From Octopus sinensis (lineage: Eukaryota), in the NCBI RefSeq assembly GCF_006345805.1, contig NC_043004.1:91078001-91142000 (forward strand): DNA of 64,000 bases, written 5' to 3'. This document shows, piece by piece, positions 25,189-37,898 of this stretch. Both the position numbers and the translations under genes were made by a program. The notes beneath the pieces are model-generated. The model searched no databases, was not told where the DNA came from, and worked only from the letters and a program-made list of their open reading frames with translations. Within the stretch, counting starts at the first letter, position 1; the number at the start of each line of letters is the position of its first letter.

Positions 25189-28100
25189 ATCATCATCATC
25201 ATCATTTAACGTCCGCTTTCCATGCTAGCATGGGTTCGACGGTTCAACTGGGGTCTGGGGAGCCCGAAAGCTGCACCAGTCCAGTCAGATCTGGCAGTGT
25301 TTCTACAGCTGGATGCCCTTCCTAACGCCAACCACTCCGAGAGTGTAGTGGGTGATTTTATGTGCCACCGACACGGTGCCAGACGAGGCTGGCAGACGGC
25401 CACGCTCGGATGGTGTTTTTGTTTATGTGCCACCGACACAGGTGCCAGACGAGGCTGGCAGACGGCCACGCTCGGATGGTGTTTTTTATGTGCCACCGAC
25501 ACAGGTGCCAGACGAGGTGGCAGACGGCCACGCTCGGATGGTGTTTTTATGTGCCACCGACACAGGTGCCAGACGAGGCTGGCAGACGGCCACGCTCGGA
25601 TGGTGTTTTTATGTGCCACCGACACAGGTGCCAGACGAGGCTGGCAGACGGCCACGCTCGGATGGTGTTTTTATGTGCCACCGACACAGGTGCCAGATGA
25701 GGCTGGCAAACGGCCACGATCGGATGGTGCTTGTTACGTGCCCCAGGTGCTGTTACGTGCCCACAGCACGGAGGCCAGTCGATGCGGTACTGGCTACGGC
25801 CACGTTCGGATGGTTTTCTTATGTGCCACGTGCCACCGGCACTGGTACCACAAAGATACAAATTCCATTGATGTTCATCTATTTTGATTGTTTTGATTTG
25901 ATTTTGATTTTCACTTGCCTCAACAGGTCTTCACAAGTGTCACAAGAAGGAAGGTATGCACAGGTGGACTGACTACGACCCAGGTAGGGGCCATGGGTTA
26001 TGGCCTGACTAGTCTTGCCGGGTCTTCGGATGGTGTTTTTATGTGCCACCGACACAGGTGCTAGATGAGGCTGGCGGACGGCCACGATCGGATCGGATGG
26101 TGTTTGTCATGTGCCCACCACACTGACTACGGCACTGATGGATTGCCACCATGTTCCCACAGCACGGGGGCCAGTCGATGCGGTACTGGCTACGGCCACG
26201 TTCGGACGGTTTTCTTGTGTGCCACAGGCACTGGTACCATAAAGATACAAATTCCATTGATGTTCATCTATTTTGATTGACTTTCACTTGCCTCAGCAGG
26301 TCTTCACAAGTGTCACAAGAAGGAAGGTATGCACAGGTGGATCGACTACGTCCCAGGTAGGGGCACGGGATATGGCCTGACTAGTCCTGCCGGGTCCTCT
26401 CATGCACAGCACACTTCCATAGGACTCGGTCTTCAGTCATTTCCTTGGTGAGACCTAAAGTTCGAAGGTCGTGCTTCACCACCTCGTTCCAGGTTTTCCT
26501 GGGTCTACCTCTTCCACAGGTTCCCTCAACTGCTAGGGTGTAGCACTTTTGCACACAACTATCTTCAGCCATTCTCGTCACATGACCATACCAGCGCAGC
26601 CGTCTCTCTTGCACACCACAACTGACACTTCTTAGGTTCAACTTTTCTCTCAAGGTACTTACACTCTGACGATTATGAACACTGACATTACACATCCATC
26701 GGAGCATACTGGCTTCATTTCTTGCAAGCTTACGTATATCCTCAGCTGTCACGGCCCATGTTTCACTACCATGTAGCATGGCTGTACGTACACACGCATC
26801 ATATAGTCTGCCTTTTACTCTTAGCGAGAGACCTTTTGTCACCAGCAGGGGTAAGAGCTCTCTAAACTTTGCCCAGGCTATTCTTACTTACTCTAGCAGT
26901 ACGCTTTCAGCACACCCACCCCCGCTACTGACTTGGTCTCCTAGGTAGCGGAAGCTATCAACTACTTCTAGTTTGTCTCCCTGGAACATGGTAGAAGTTG
27001 ACTCTGCACATTTCCAGTGTTTATTTCTCCTGAGCATCTGCCACAGACAAAAACTATTTTCTTAGTTAGCCTTCCTTTGACATTGCTGCACCTCTTATGT
27101 GTCCATAGCTTACACTTGGTGCACCTTATAGAGTTTCTACCTACACCTTTTTTACAGATCGAGCAGGGCCATCTACCTGAAGTCGTTTGTGGTTGGTCCA
27201 CCTTCCTACTTATTAGGACTTTGGTTTTGGCTAGGTTGATTCTAAGGCCCTTCGATTCTAATCCTGTTTCCACACCTGAAACTTCTCCTCCAGTTCTGAT
27301 AGTGACTCAGCAATTAGAGCAAGGTCATCAGCATATAGGAGCTCCCAGGGGCATCCTGTCTTAAATTCTTCCGTTATTGCCTGGAGGACTATGATAAATA
27401 GGAGGGGGCTGAGGACTGAACCTTGGTGGACCCCACCTCTACCCGGAATTCTTCACTGTACTCGTTGCCAACCCTCACCTTACTAGCTGCGTCTCTGTAC
27501 ATGGCTCGCACAGCTCTCACTAACCATTCATCTATCCCTAGTTTCCTCATTGACCACCAGATAAGGGATCAGGGGACCCTGTCAAGGCTTTCTCTAAGTC
27601 AACAAAAGCCAGGTACAAGGGCTTACCTTTGGCTAGGTATTTCTCCTGCAGCTGTCTTACCAGGAATATAGCATCAGTAGTACTTTTCCCTGGCACGAAC
27701 CCAAACTGCATATCATCTAAGCTAACTCTCTCTCTAATTAACTGGGCTATACCCTCTCCGTAACCTTCATTACCTGATCCAACAGCTTGATGCCCCTGTA
27801 GTTATTTGTATCTAGGGCATCGCCTTTACCTTTGTAGCAGTTGACTATTATGCTGCTACACCAGTCATTGGGTATGACTCCTTCGTGTATCACCTGGTTA
27901 ACTATACGGGAGACTATGCTATAACCGACACTACCAGATATTTTGAGCATCTCTGCAGTAATTCTGATGGGCCTGGGGCTTTCCCTGTCTTCATGCTTCT
28001 AATTGCCTTAGCTACCACGGAACTATCAACTCGGATAGCTGGTCCCTCTGTTGGGTCAACATTCGGCAGACTCCTCTTTATCCCATTCATTTTCCTCATT

Positions 28101-29361
28101 CAGCAACCTTTCATAGTGGCGTCTCCAAGCTTCTCTCTTTGCATCCTCATTTAACGCAAGTGAACCATCCTCCATGCGAACACATTTCTCTCCTACCCAT
28201 CTCGATTCTCTCTCACACACTGTCTTGCAACACGAAATACCTCAAGTCTTTCATCCTCACGGCGCAGGACATTGGCAAATTTTCTTTATCTGCTTCCCCT
28301 CTGGCTAGATAGACCTGTCTCCTAGCTTCCTTCTGGCAGTCTGATACACTTCCCTGCTACCACCGTTCTTCCAGGCCTTCCAAGCCTGTTTCTTTTGTCT
28401 AATAGCCCTATCGACAATATTGTTCCACACCATGTTATTTTGGGTCTTAAGGGGACTTTGCACCAGCCACAGATCTGGTCAGCGGCTTTCAGCAGGTTGT
28501 CCCTCAGAAACGTCCAGTTGTCTTCTACCCCATGTGTAGCTATACCCCCTTCCACTTCGTCAAAGGCTTCAAGTAACATATCTCTAAATCTCTGTCATTT
28601 GCAGGGTCTTTAAGCTTCCAGACCCTTCTTCTCCATGTTGGTCGTCTTCTAGTCGCCCTCTTAGTCCTGATCCTAAAGTCACTAACTACCAGTCTATGTT
28701 GTGGGGTGCATTCTTCGCCCGGGAGGTTTGGCATTTATAAGCAGCCATCTTTCCCTTTTTCTGGCGAGGATGTAGTCGATTTGGCTAGCATGCCGGCCCG
28801 ATCGATAGGTGACCAGGTGGCTTGTTGGTTTCCTGAAGTTAGTGTTGCAGATCATAAGACTATTCGCATCGCAGAACTCCAGCAGCCTGGTTCCCTCCTC
28901 GTTGCGGGAACCATAACGTAGCCTCCATGCACGCCATGGAAGCCCCCAGCATGTCGTCCAACATGCCCATTGAAATCACCAGCCACAAAGAGAAGGTCCC
29001 TGTCGTTCGTCAATGAGGTGGTCTGCAGTAGGGTGTCATAGAAACTGTCTTTCTGTCCATCGGGTAGCCCTGGCTGAGGGGCATAGGCCGATATAATGGT
29101 TGCTAATCTATGATGAAGCACTATTCTAATCTTAAGTATTCTGTCACTTACTCTGATTACCTCAATTACTCTATCTATCCATTTCTCAGCGATAAGTATA
29201 CCCACGCCACCAACCCCGTCAGTGTTCCCTGCCCAGAAAATCTTGTACCTGTGTTCCTTGCCTGTGAGGAACCTAGCAGATCCTCCTCTCCACCTTATTT
29301 CTTGCATACAACATACGTCAACACGTCTCCGTTCAAGCATCTCGACTATCTCGCCAGACCT
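25189..29361 (-). mobile_element. Near-full-length, inactivated RTE-clade LINE (AP endonuclease - RT - PHD finger - C-terminus - repeat-rich 3' UTR)
   Basis: APE: RSGEIVEMLERRRVDVCCMQEIRW...SAYAPQ...GDFNGHVG. RT: DWCSSIIVNCYKGKGDALDTNNYRGIKLL; LESKGLRINLAKTKVL. C-terminus: RLYDACVRTAMLHGSETW...RRLRWYGHV. (ATG)n tail at 25189. Multiple frameshifts; truncated a few codons into the APE. Confidence 0.95.
25357..25725. repeat. ~60 bp minisatellite, about 6 near-identical units, in the RTE 3' UTR
   Basis: Unit GGATGGTGTTTTTATGTGCCACCGACACAGGTGCCAGACGAGGCTGGCAGACGGCCACGCTC repeated head-to-tail with no unique spacers. Confidence 0.95.
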
Positions 29362-29409
29362 AAATTAATTAGGCATTATCTTGTAACAACAAGATTTTGG
29401 TGATGTGAT

Positions 29410-29811
29410 TACTCTTTTACTTGTTTCAGTCATGTGACTGCGGCCATGCTGGAGCACCACCTTTAGTCGAGCAAATCGACCCCGGGACTTATTCTTTGTA
29501 AGCCCGGTACTTATTCTATCGGTCTCTTTTTGCCGAACCGCTAAGTGAGGGGACGTAAACACACCAGCATCGGTTGTCAAGCGATGGTGGGGGGACAAAC
29601 ACAGACACACAAACATATACACACATACATAATATACATACATATATACGACAGGCTTCTTTCAGTTTCCGTCTACCAAATCCACTCACAAGGCATTGGT
29701 CGGCCCGAGGCTATAGCAGAAGACACTTGCCCAAGATGCCACGCAGTGGGACTGAACCCAGAACCATGTGGTTGGTAAGCGAGCTACTTACCACACAGCC
29801 ACTCCTTCGCC
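29410..29811 (-). mobile_element. SINE family A, full length
   Basis: Reverse complement of the family A consensus; adjacent to the LINE 5' truncation point. Confidence 0.9.
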
Positions 29812-30718
29812 TATTGATTGTTTATTTTTAGAATGACATTGTAGAGTAGGTGTGAGAAGCCAGATCTGGCTGGTTTGAGCATAAAACAAGGATAATATTT
29901 GGGCTGGATATGGTCAGTTTAAATGCAAAAATGTTAAACTCTGTAAGGGTTGGAGAAAAACAATTATGATCTGAAGTTATTGCACATTAAATAGAGTCAA
30001 ACTGAGCTTAAAAAGTGACTGAGTAATAGAGACATTGTCCCATATATGCAAGGAAGAGAACTGTGTTGTTATGGATAAGTCATGAGTATAGAGGTTGAGT
30101 GCTGGGTCAGAAAGTGACACAGTGTTCTGACAACAGAAGATATCTGACAAACCCTTATTTTATGCCATCACGACTATGAAACTGCAGAACTTTTACAATC
30201 AAACCCTGCTGACCAAATATATTTACACAAACACCGCAGACATGACACAAGGTTTATTTTGTTTGTTTTCTCTTCGAAAAATATGGATAAGAGATTGGAT
30301 GTGAGCGCTTTCAACAAATATAAACAAGTGAAATAATGCACAGTTTATACTGTCAAGACACACATTGTCATTATTTGTTGAGATGGGTTAAATTTGTGCT
30401 TCCCTCTTTCAAACCCTACCCACAACTACACACAGTCACATAAATTAATTTATTTGGTTTTTATATTATGTTATTTTAGAGTTTTCTCAAACATAAACCT
30501 AACCTTAACCATGACCCTCTAACCTTTTGCACATACATTACAAATAAAAACAATATCAAACAAGTCAAATGATTGGAGTTGGGTTGGGTGGTGTGGGTAT
30601 ATTAAAGTAAACAAGAAATGATGAGGCAGAGCCAACAAGGAAGCTGCTACAAGACTGTTCACTTTGCTAAAAATAGTAGCCAATTAGAGGCTGTTTGGTA
30701 GCTTGCTTCCCAACCACT

Positions 30719-30869
30719 AGAGGCTGTTTGGTAGCTTGCTTCCCAACCACTTGGCTCTGGATTCAGTACCTGTGTGACACCTTGGGCAAGTGTCTTCTAC
30801 TATAGCCTTGGGTTGACCAAAGCCCTGTGAGTGGATTGGTAGATGGAAACTGAAAGAAGCCTGTGGTAC

Positions 30870-30911
<42 letters not shown>

Positions 30912-31083
30912 TGTCTTCCAACACTGCTTGATGACCGGTGTTGATGCCTATATCCCCATAGCTTAGTGGTTCAGTAAGAGAAATCGATAGAATAAGTACC
31001 AAGCTTTAAAAAATGTACTGTGATCAATTCATTGCACAAAAAACTCCAGCATGGCCACATTCAAAAGACTGAAACAAGTAAAG
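30719..31083 (+). mobile_element. SINE family A (older) with duplicated 5' 32-mer
   Basis: AGAGGCTGTTTGGTAGCTTGCTTCCCAACCAC occurs twice (~30687 and ~30720); family A body follows. Confidence 0.75.
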
Positions 31084-31329
31084 GACAAATGACAGAAGAT
31101 AATTCTCCTCAGACACAGCCCATTGTCATCACCATTTTTTTTAACATTCACTTTTCCATGCTTGCATGGGTCAAACAGAATTTGTTGAGGCAAATTTTAA
31201 ATGGTAAGATGATCTTCCTGTCGCTATCACCTACCTGTTTCCAAATAAGGTAATATTTCCTCATGGCCAAATATTTTTTCAAGAAAGATTAAAAATGAAG
31301 GACACTACTATATGACACACACATATACA

Positions 31330-31870
31330 CACCAAAAGTCACAGGTAGCAAGGTATGGACTGTAGGTAGGGTGAGGGAGAGTTTTGATGCTTGTCTCTGT
31401 CAAGTAGTTGGTTATCAGGAAGTAATTGTGGACCGATGCATTGTCCTAATGCAAACTGTTCTGTTCTTTTGTGATGAAACATCTTTCTGAATTCTTTCAA
31501 AACCTCAACAAAGTACTCTCTGTTGAGAGTGTCTGGTGAGATGGAACACAATGGATGTAGATGATGCCCTTGCTGTCAAAAAAGGGGTCCATCATGAGCT
31601 TCGTGGTGCACTTGCTTTGCCTGGCCTCTTACACCAGCAAAAAACAGAAGCTCAGCTCATGCAAATTAAACCATAAGCAGTCTGTAGCATTTCATAAGTT
31701 TCTGCAGTGTTGTTGCCCAGTTTAAGACAAAACTTTACTGCATAACAAGTTTCCAAATTATCTTCACATCCCAACTGCATTCTGCAAAGAAGTCATCTGT
31801 GACAAGCAGTGTTTAGTAGGGTGTGTTCAAAATGCTGTTACAGCAATCTCCTTCAATCTAGAACAACCAA
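31330..31870 (-). mobile_element. mariner transposase remnant
   Basis: FDSKGIIYIHCVPSHQTLNREYFVEVLKEFRK matches the mariner catalytic region; decayed. Confidence 0.65.
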
Positions 31871-31987
31871 AGTCGGCAGGTCAGCCATTAGACATATAAT
31901 AATGATATGCTAAAATTATGAATAATCTAGGACAGTTATAACTGTATCTCCTAAAAAAAAGTCTCAAAACGTCTAGGAAAGCATGCA

Positions 31988-32154
31988 TAGGCGCAGGAGT
32001 GGCTGTGTGGTAAGTAGCTTGCTAACCAACCACATGGTTCCGGGTTCAGTCCCACTGCGTGGCATCTTGGGCAAGTGTCTTCTGATATAGCCCTGGGCCA
32101 ACCAATGCCTTGTGAGTGGATTTGTTAGACGGAAACTGAAAGAAGCCTGTCGTA

Positions 32155-32195
<41 letters not shown>

Positions 32196-32406
32196 GTGTG
32201 TGTGTTTGTGTGTCTGTGTTTGTCCCCCTAGCATTGCGATGTTGGTGTGTTTACGTCCCCATCGCTTAGCGGTTCGGCAAAAGAGACCGATAGAATAAGT
32301 ACTGGGCTTACAAAGAATAAGTCCCGGGGTCAATTTGCTCGACTAAAGGCGGTGCTCCAGCATGGCCACAGTCAAATGACTGAAACAAGTAAAAGAGTAA
32401 AGAGTA
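31988..32406 (+). mobile_element. SINE family A, full length
   Basis: Family A head and tail intact. Confidence 0.9.
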
Positions 32407-32433
32407 TATGCATGTATGTGTGTGCATGCATGC

Positions 32434-32467
<34 letters not shown>

Positions 32468-33174
32468 GCTTCTTGCAGTTTCTATCTACCAAATCCACTT
32501 GCATCACTTTAGCTGGATTGGGGCAACAGCAGAAAAGAGTCAGTGGCCCCAAAGTACCACATAGTGAGGAACATCTGGTTAGGAAGCAAGTAGGCACATC
32601 GGTGCCTACTGCATTAAAATAAAGTAAAAACACTAATTGGACTATGTAAAGTTGGGACAGTCACTGCTGGAAAGTCTTTGATCATAAATCTACTCAATCA
32701 GGGCTGACACCTGACTAAACACAACTTACAGTGTTGTTTATAGTATAACTATGAAAAATATATATGAAAGAACAGGTCTTTTGATATATTGAGAAAAAGT
32801 GAGGGATTGACAAAGTAGTGTTTAGAAATTGTTTACTTAGACATATGAAAGAAAATAAGTCACCACAGGTTAGAGGGAGAGGAGATGATGTTAAAGGACA
32901 ATTATTTATCACAATAACATACTAACAAGGATAATTACTGCTGAATTTGGGTGAGAAACAACTGTGTGATCCTTTAAATCAACAACAATTAGAAAAGGTT
33001 TTACTTCACAAAAATATATTTCTTTGTTTGTTATCTATAAGGGTATGAAGGTTTGTGAGTACACATATACATGTGTGATGTATGTGTGTGTGCCTGTCTG
33101 TTTGTATATATATATATTATGGAGATGTACTCGCATAGCAAGTGATTTGATCTGAGATTGTGTGCTGGAACGAA

Positions 33175-33465
33175 AACAATTGCAGCGTGGAAGGTGTTTG
33201 TAAGCCATTTAAGAAACACACAAAAGCCGTTCGATTCACTTCAACATTTAAGTTTAATTTGTCAAAATATTTTCGTCGCTAAAATCCGCGACCTGTTCAC
33301 TGACAAAAATCCTGAGATGCAGCACGGATTTTTGTCAGTGAACAGGTCGCGGATTTTAGCGACGAAAATATTTTGATGACAAATTAAACTTAAATGTTGA
33401 AGTGAATCAAACGGCTTTTGTGTGTTTCTTAAATGGCTTACAAACACCTTCCATGCTGCAATTGT

Positions 33466-33466
<1 letters not shown>
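33175..33466. repeat. Foldback palindrome, ~138 bp arms, 13 bp spacer (PLE pseudo-LTR-like)
   Basis: 33175-33312 vs 33326-33466 nearly perfect reverse complements; ends at (TA)n. Confidence 0.95.
33258..33307 (-). ncRNA. Minimal type I hammerhead, G3-C8 compensatory variant
   Basis: TTTGTCA-GTGAACA-G-GTCGC ggatttta GCGAC-GAAA-ATAT-T-T-TGACAAA: 7-bp stem I, 5-bp stem II, palindromic stem III AATATT. Mirror copy at 33331-33383 (+) has a 2-nt insertion near the cleavage site. Confidence 0.7.
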
Positions 33467-33487
<21 letters not shown>

Positions 33488-33496
<9 letters not shown>

Positions 33497-33652
33497 AGAA
33501 GGTTTACGAAAATAAACAAAAGACGAAGGCAGGTGGAGCACAAACAAACAAATGTATTAGTATAGCGCTCAGGAATAGAAATAGAAAGAGTCTTTTACAT
33601 TTCGAGCCTACGCTCTTCGACAGAAAGATACACAGAAAAAAACAAGGAGAGA

Positions 33653-33657
<5 letters not shown>
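33488..33657 (-). mobile_element. Short PLE/retrozyme-like element with CUGUNGA hammerhead-like motif at 33592-33627
   Basis: CTTT-CTGTCGA-A-GAGC gtag GCTC-GAAA-TG-T-A-AAAG; both flanks (TA)n; related to the 23953 and 47702 elements. Confidence 0.65.
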
Positions 33658-33689
<32 letters not shown>

Positions 33690-33994
33690 GTTTATGAATT
33701 TGTGTTGCAAGATTCCGTTGGAATAAGCAGAGCAAGAGCACACATGAAGACAGAAAGTATCACTGAGGAGGTCATAGATGTGTGACAAAGGATTTCCAGA
33801 CAATGAGTTAGAATAAGAACAGTGACAAATGAGTAAAGAACGAATATAAAGTGCATGTGTTTATTTGGCAAAACAAAACAAAATGACCATGTCAAAACAC
33901 AACTATATCTATATCTATATATATCCAAGCTCTGCATATCAGATGCTACCAGGCTTACGGGGTCATCGAGAAAGAATGTGCGCTGATTTGGGGT

Positions 33995-34076
33995 CTCCCA
34001 CTTGATGGCATTACTGAGCACCAGCTCCTCTCACTGAGATAAGATTTTACTCAGTATTCTTCTAGCCATTGCTCAT

Positions 34077-34152
<76 letters not shown>

Positions 34153-34189
34153 CAATGAGCAATGGCTAGAAGAATACTGAGTAAAATCT

Positions 34190-34226
<37 letters not shown>

Positions 34227-34300
34227 ATGGCTAGAAGAATACTGAGTAAAATCTTATCTCAGTGAGAGGAGCTGGTGCACAATAGTGCCATCAAGTGGAG
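33995..34300. repeat. Microsatellite-centred foldback element
   Basis: ~85 bp arms around (TC)n(TA)n(GA)n, with an extra tandem partial copy of the right arm. Confidence 0.9.
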
Positions 34301-34517
34301 TTACGATTTCAGGAGGACGATTGGGATCACGTGGATGAGAAAGGTGCAATCCAGAGAGGAGTGGGCAGCGTGCTGTGACCAGCGGTGTCAAATGGACACC
34401 TGACGGACTGGTCAGTCAAGGTGATCAAGGTGATATATATATATATATGTGTGTGTGTGTGAGTATGTGCTCCAGTATGGCCACATTCTAGTGACTAAAA
34501 AGTAAAAAAAATGGAAT

Positions 34518-34728
34518 ATCCCCTCTCTCTCTCTTTCGGAGAGGCACTGAGCACCTACACGCACATATACACACACGGCAGTAACTTCCACCTGCCAAAT
34601 TCAATCACAAAGCTTCGGTCGACTCGGGGCTATAGTGGAAGACACCTACCAAAAGTGCCGCGCAGTGGGACTGAACCTGAAACCATATAGCTAGAAAGCA
34701 AGCTCCCTAACCACACAGCCATGCCCGC
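34518..34728 (-). mobile_element. SINE family A, short-tail variant
   Basis: Reverse complement homologue of 4986-5190. Confidence 0.75.
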
Positions 34729-35256
34729 GATATATATATATATACACACACACATGAATACATTACTGCTCTAACTTTTAGAATGTACTGCTTTTTCAGA
34801 TAATTGATCCACTGATGATATATATATATATAAATTGTGGAGGGAACATGTAGAAGGGGTAGACCCAGGAAAACCTGAAATGATGTGGCGAGAAAGGGTT
34901 TTTAGATGTTGGGCCTTGCGAACTGAGACCTCTGGCAGTTTGTTGTGCTTGAGAAGATGCATCAAACTAAAGAAAATCATGGTTCATGCATACAGGCATG
35001 TCCTCTACGTCCTTCTCTCAGCTGAGAGATCACAGTCTTGTGAGCTTGTGGGTGCTGCTGGTGCCATGTAAAAGCATCCATAACAGGTTCCGCATAAAAG
35101 TGACTGAGCAGGTGCTACATAAAAGCATCCATGCCAGTGCCATGTAAAAATGCCAATTGCTGGTGCCACATAAAAGCAGTAAAGTGGTTAGCATTAGGAA
35201 GGGCATCCAACCATAGAAGTCATGCCCAAACAGACAAATGGAGTCCCAGTCACTCT

Positions 35257-37500
35257 CAGTGTTGCCAACTTAAAATCAGAATTTTTATGCTAAATTTCAG
35301 TAGAAAAAATACCAAAAAAATGCTAAAAAATGCCAAATATGACAAAAAAATACTTAAGACTAATTATATCAAAAAGCTTAATTTTTGTTTACTTTCTTTA
35401 ATTATATTCAGCATTGAGAAATAATTTCTTGAATTCCACTAATTTGATCACTTTCAGCTGCAGTGCCTAGGTCTTGACTTCTGTATACATTCAAGGTCCC
35501 AATCTTGTTAATTATGTATTTTGGAATATCGAAGTTTTTGAAACATTTGCCATATCTTTTCAGGCCATATTTTATAGACAGTATTGATCTAAGCATAGGA
35601 AGATGCATTTTTTTTTACAATTTTAATTTGATTACACCCATACTACTGAACAACTGTTCAACTTCTGCATTTGAGTTTGGCAATGTCAATAGATTAATGG
35701 CAAAATTTGCAACATCTCTAAAAGGATTTCTTCCAGTAGCATTCTTCCAGCCAGAATGCCTCAGTTGATATATTTGTCCATTTAACTAAATGAATGCTAT
35801 TGAACTGAATTTCAATTGAAGCACTTTTTTCTTCATTTAAATGCATTGCTTCTAAGACAGGTAAAATTGGCTCTTTGAAATGCTGCAAAATATTCTCTAC
35901 TGAAAGACATTTGATATTCCTCAGTATATTAATATTTCCTGGCAAACGGTGCTTGAGCTCTTTATAAAGGCAGAATAAAAGATTGTTGTGCTCTTTTGCA
36001 AATATTATTTTCTTCGGTGGCTGTTACAGTCTTCTTGATAATCATTTCTGCTATCTTTCTCTCGAATCTGTAGCTTAAATTTGGTTTAGGATCCAGAAAT
36101 TTTTCAATAGAAACATCCGGATCAGGAGGATCAAATTCTACATGTTGGCAATACTATCATATTAGCAACAGATTTGATCAAGTTTGAAAGATCTTCAAGT
36201 AATTTTGTTTTGTCGACAGTGTTTGATTCAAACAGTTTATTCACTGCTTGAACATGTTTTAAAATTGGATGCAAAAATAAAAAGTAAAGGTCATTCCTAG
36301 AATCACAAAACATTTCATGTAACGTTTGTGCTGTAAAGCATTTTTCTTTTGTAGTTGTAGTTTGGAAGTGAGTTTGCATTTCAAACCATTGGCTCAAAAT
36401 TCTATATACCGCTGGTTCTATTGACAGCCACCTAGTTGTACAAGAATTCACAATCTTCAAAGGCTTTTTATCATTGATAGCAAGGTAAAGTTGTTTGTAG
36501 GCATTTTGTCTTGTTGAAGAATGAGAGAACCATTTATAGGTTTCAGATACTAAAAATTCTAAATTCATAGGCAAGCATTCGGCACAAGTGTGGGATACTG
36601 CCAACTGTAAAGAATGACATACACATCTAAATAGAAGTAATGATGGAACTTCTTTTAATTTCTGGAAAACACCATTGTGGACTCCTATCATTACTCTAAC
36701 ATTGTCGGTTCCTATAGCCAGTAAATTTTTTATATCTAATTTCTTTTTCACTAATTCAATTTTTAAAGCATCTGCAATGCCATCTGCATCACATGTTTCT
36801 AAAGATACCATATTGAGATATGTATGTACCATTTTTTTGTGAGTGTCACTGTAATATATGATAACAATTCCTAACAACTCGTTTATCGATATATCATTGG
36901 ATTCATCTAATAACAGGCTAAATTTTCTATCTCCTATATCAGAAATCAAATCTCCATCAAAATATGGAGCAACAGCATTTCTCACAATATTTGCACATTT
37001 TGTACGATGCAACTTCACTTTGGATATAATATTACTATCAGACATATAATTCTTACATAACTCTATCAAGTGATCACAGTTTATTAAATGATGAATGGCA
37101 ATAAATAAACATTGCTAAATTTGCTTCAAGCATAAATGTTTTATCATTTTTGGCTTTAATAAAATTGGTAAGAGGAATTATTTGCTGTGGAGTTGATGCC
37201 TTATGTTTCTTTGCTTCACAGTGGCTTACTAAAAGAGAATATTTTGTCAACATATTACATCTACAATATCTGCAATGTGCTTTAGATTGGTCACTCGGTA
37301 CTTCACACAACCACATAGTAAACACTGGCTGGAATTTTTGCTGGTACAACTTTGTTTTTTTCTTTGCTCATTATAATGTAGTGGGAAGCAAGAAAATAAA
37401 TTGGCTGATTAGTAAAAATATAAAATTGAAAACACAACTTATCAGCTTGCTGCAAACAATTCTTTCATTCATCATTAAAAATTCTTAAGTTTGCTGCTTA
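35257..37500 (-). mobile_element. hAT transposon with disrupted transposase (~35408-37349)
   Basis: BED-like zinc finger (WLCEVPSDQSKAHCRYC...HCEAKKH), FSLLLDESNDIS, GTDN...GVHNGV, RCVCHSLQLA, WLS, and dimerisation motif LPNSNAEVEQLFS; terminus-like CAGTGTTGCCAACT at 35257; stops and frameshifts. Confidence 0.88.
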
Positions 37501-37898
37501 CAAATTCTTGAGGTGGAGAATACCGATTCAGGATGCAGGGTGGCCAACTTATAAATGGAAGAGTAAAATCTTCAGAAATCCTAAAACTGTGTTCTGATAT
37601 AAACCTGGGAACATCATATTTATTTCGTTTTCAATCTTACATTTAATATCTATTGGTAAAACCACAAATATAACAACAATACTTGAAAAAAAAAAGAGTA
37701 AACAGATATATAAAGGGGGAGACCCTCCCCCACCCCATACTTCTATAATAAATATATAATCCAAAACAAGCATGAAAAAACACAGGCTAATTTTAAAACA
37801 AACCGAAAGTAAATCACTCGACCTGTCATGATAAAAGCTCATCACTACAGAATAAAGCATTGTCAGGACAAATTTTCATGCTTTCATTCTTTGCAACA

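Noticed and set aside
25357-25725. Regular ~60 bp repeat array that superficially resembles CRISPR
   Set aside because: Units are contiguous with no unique spacers, lie in a LINE 3' UTR, and no cas genes are present; it is a minisatellite.
25206-25972. Long ORFs (up to 221 aa) over the repeat array
   Set aside because: They are by-products of the stop-poor tandem repeat, open in several frames on both strands.
30250-30275. Minus-strand CHVCG motif as a possible LIM exon 2
   Set aside because: No AG acceptor or pyrimidine tract ahead of it, and the downstream sequence does not fit LIM spacing.
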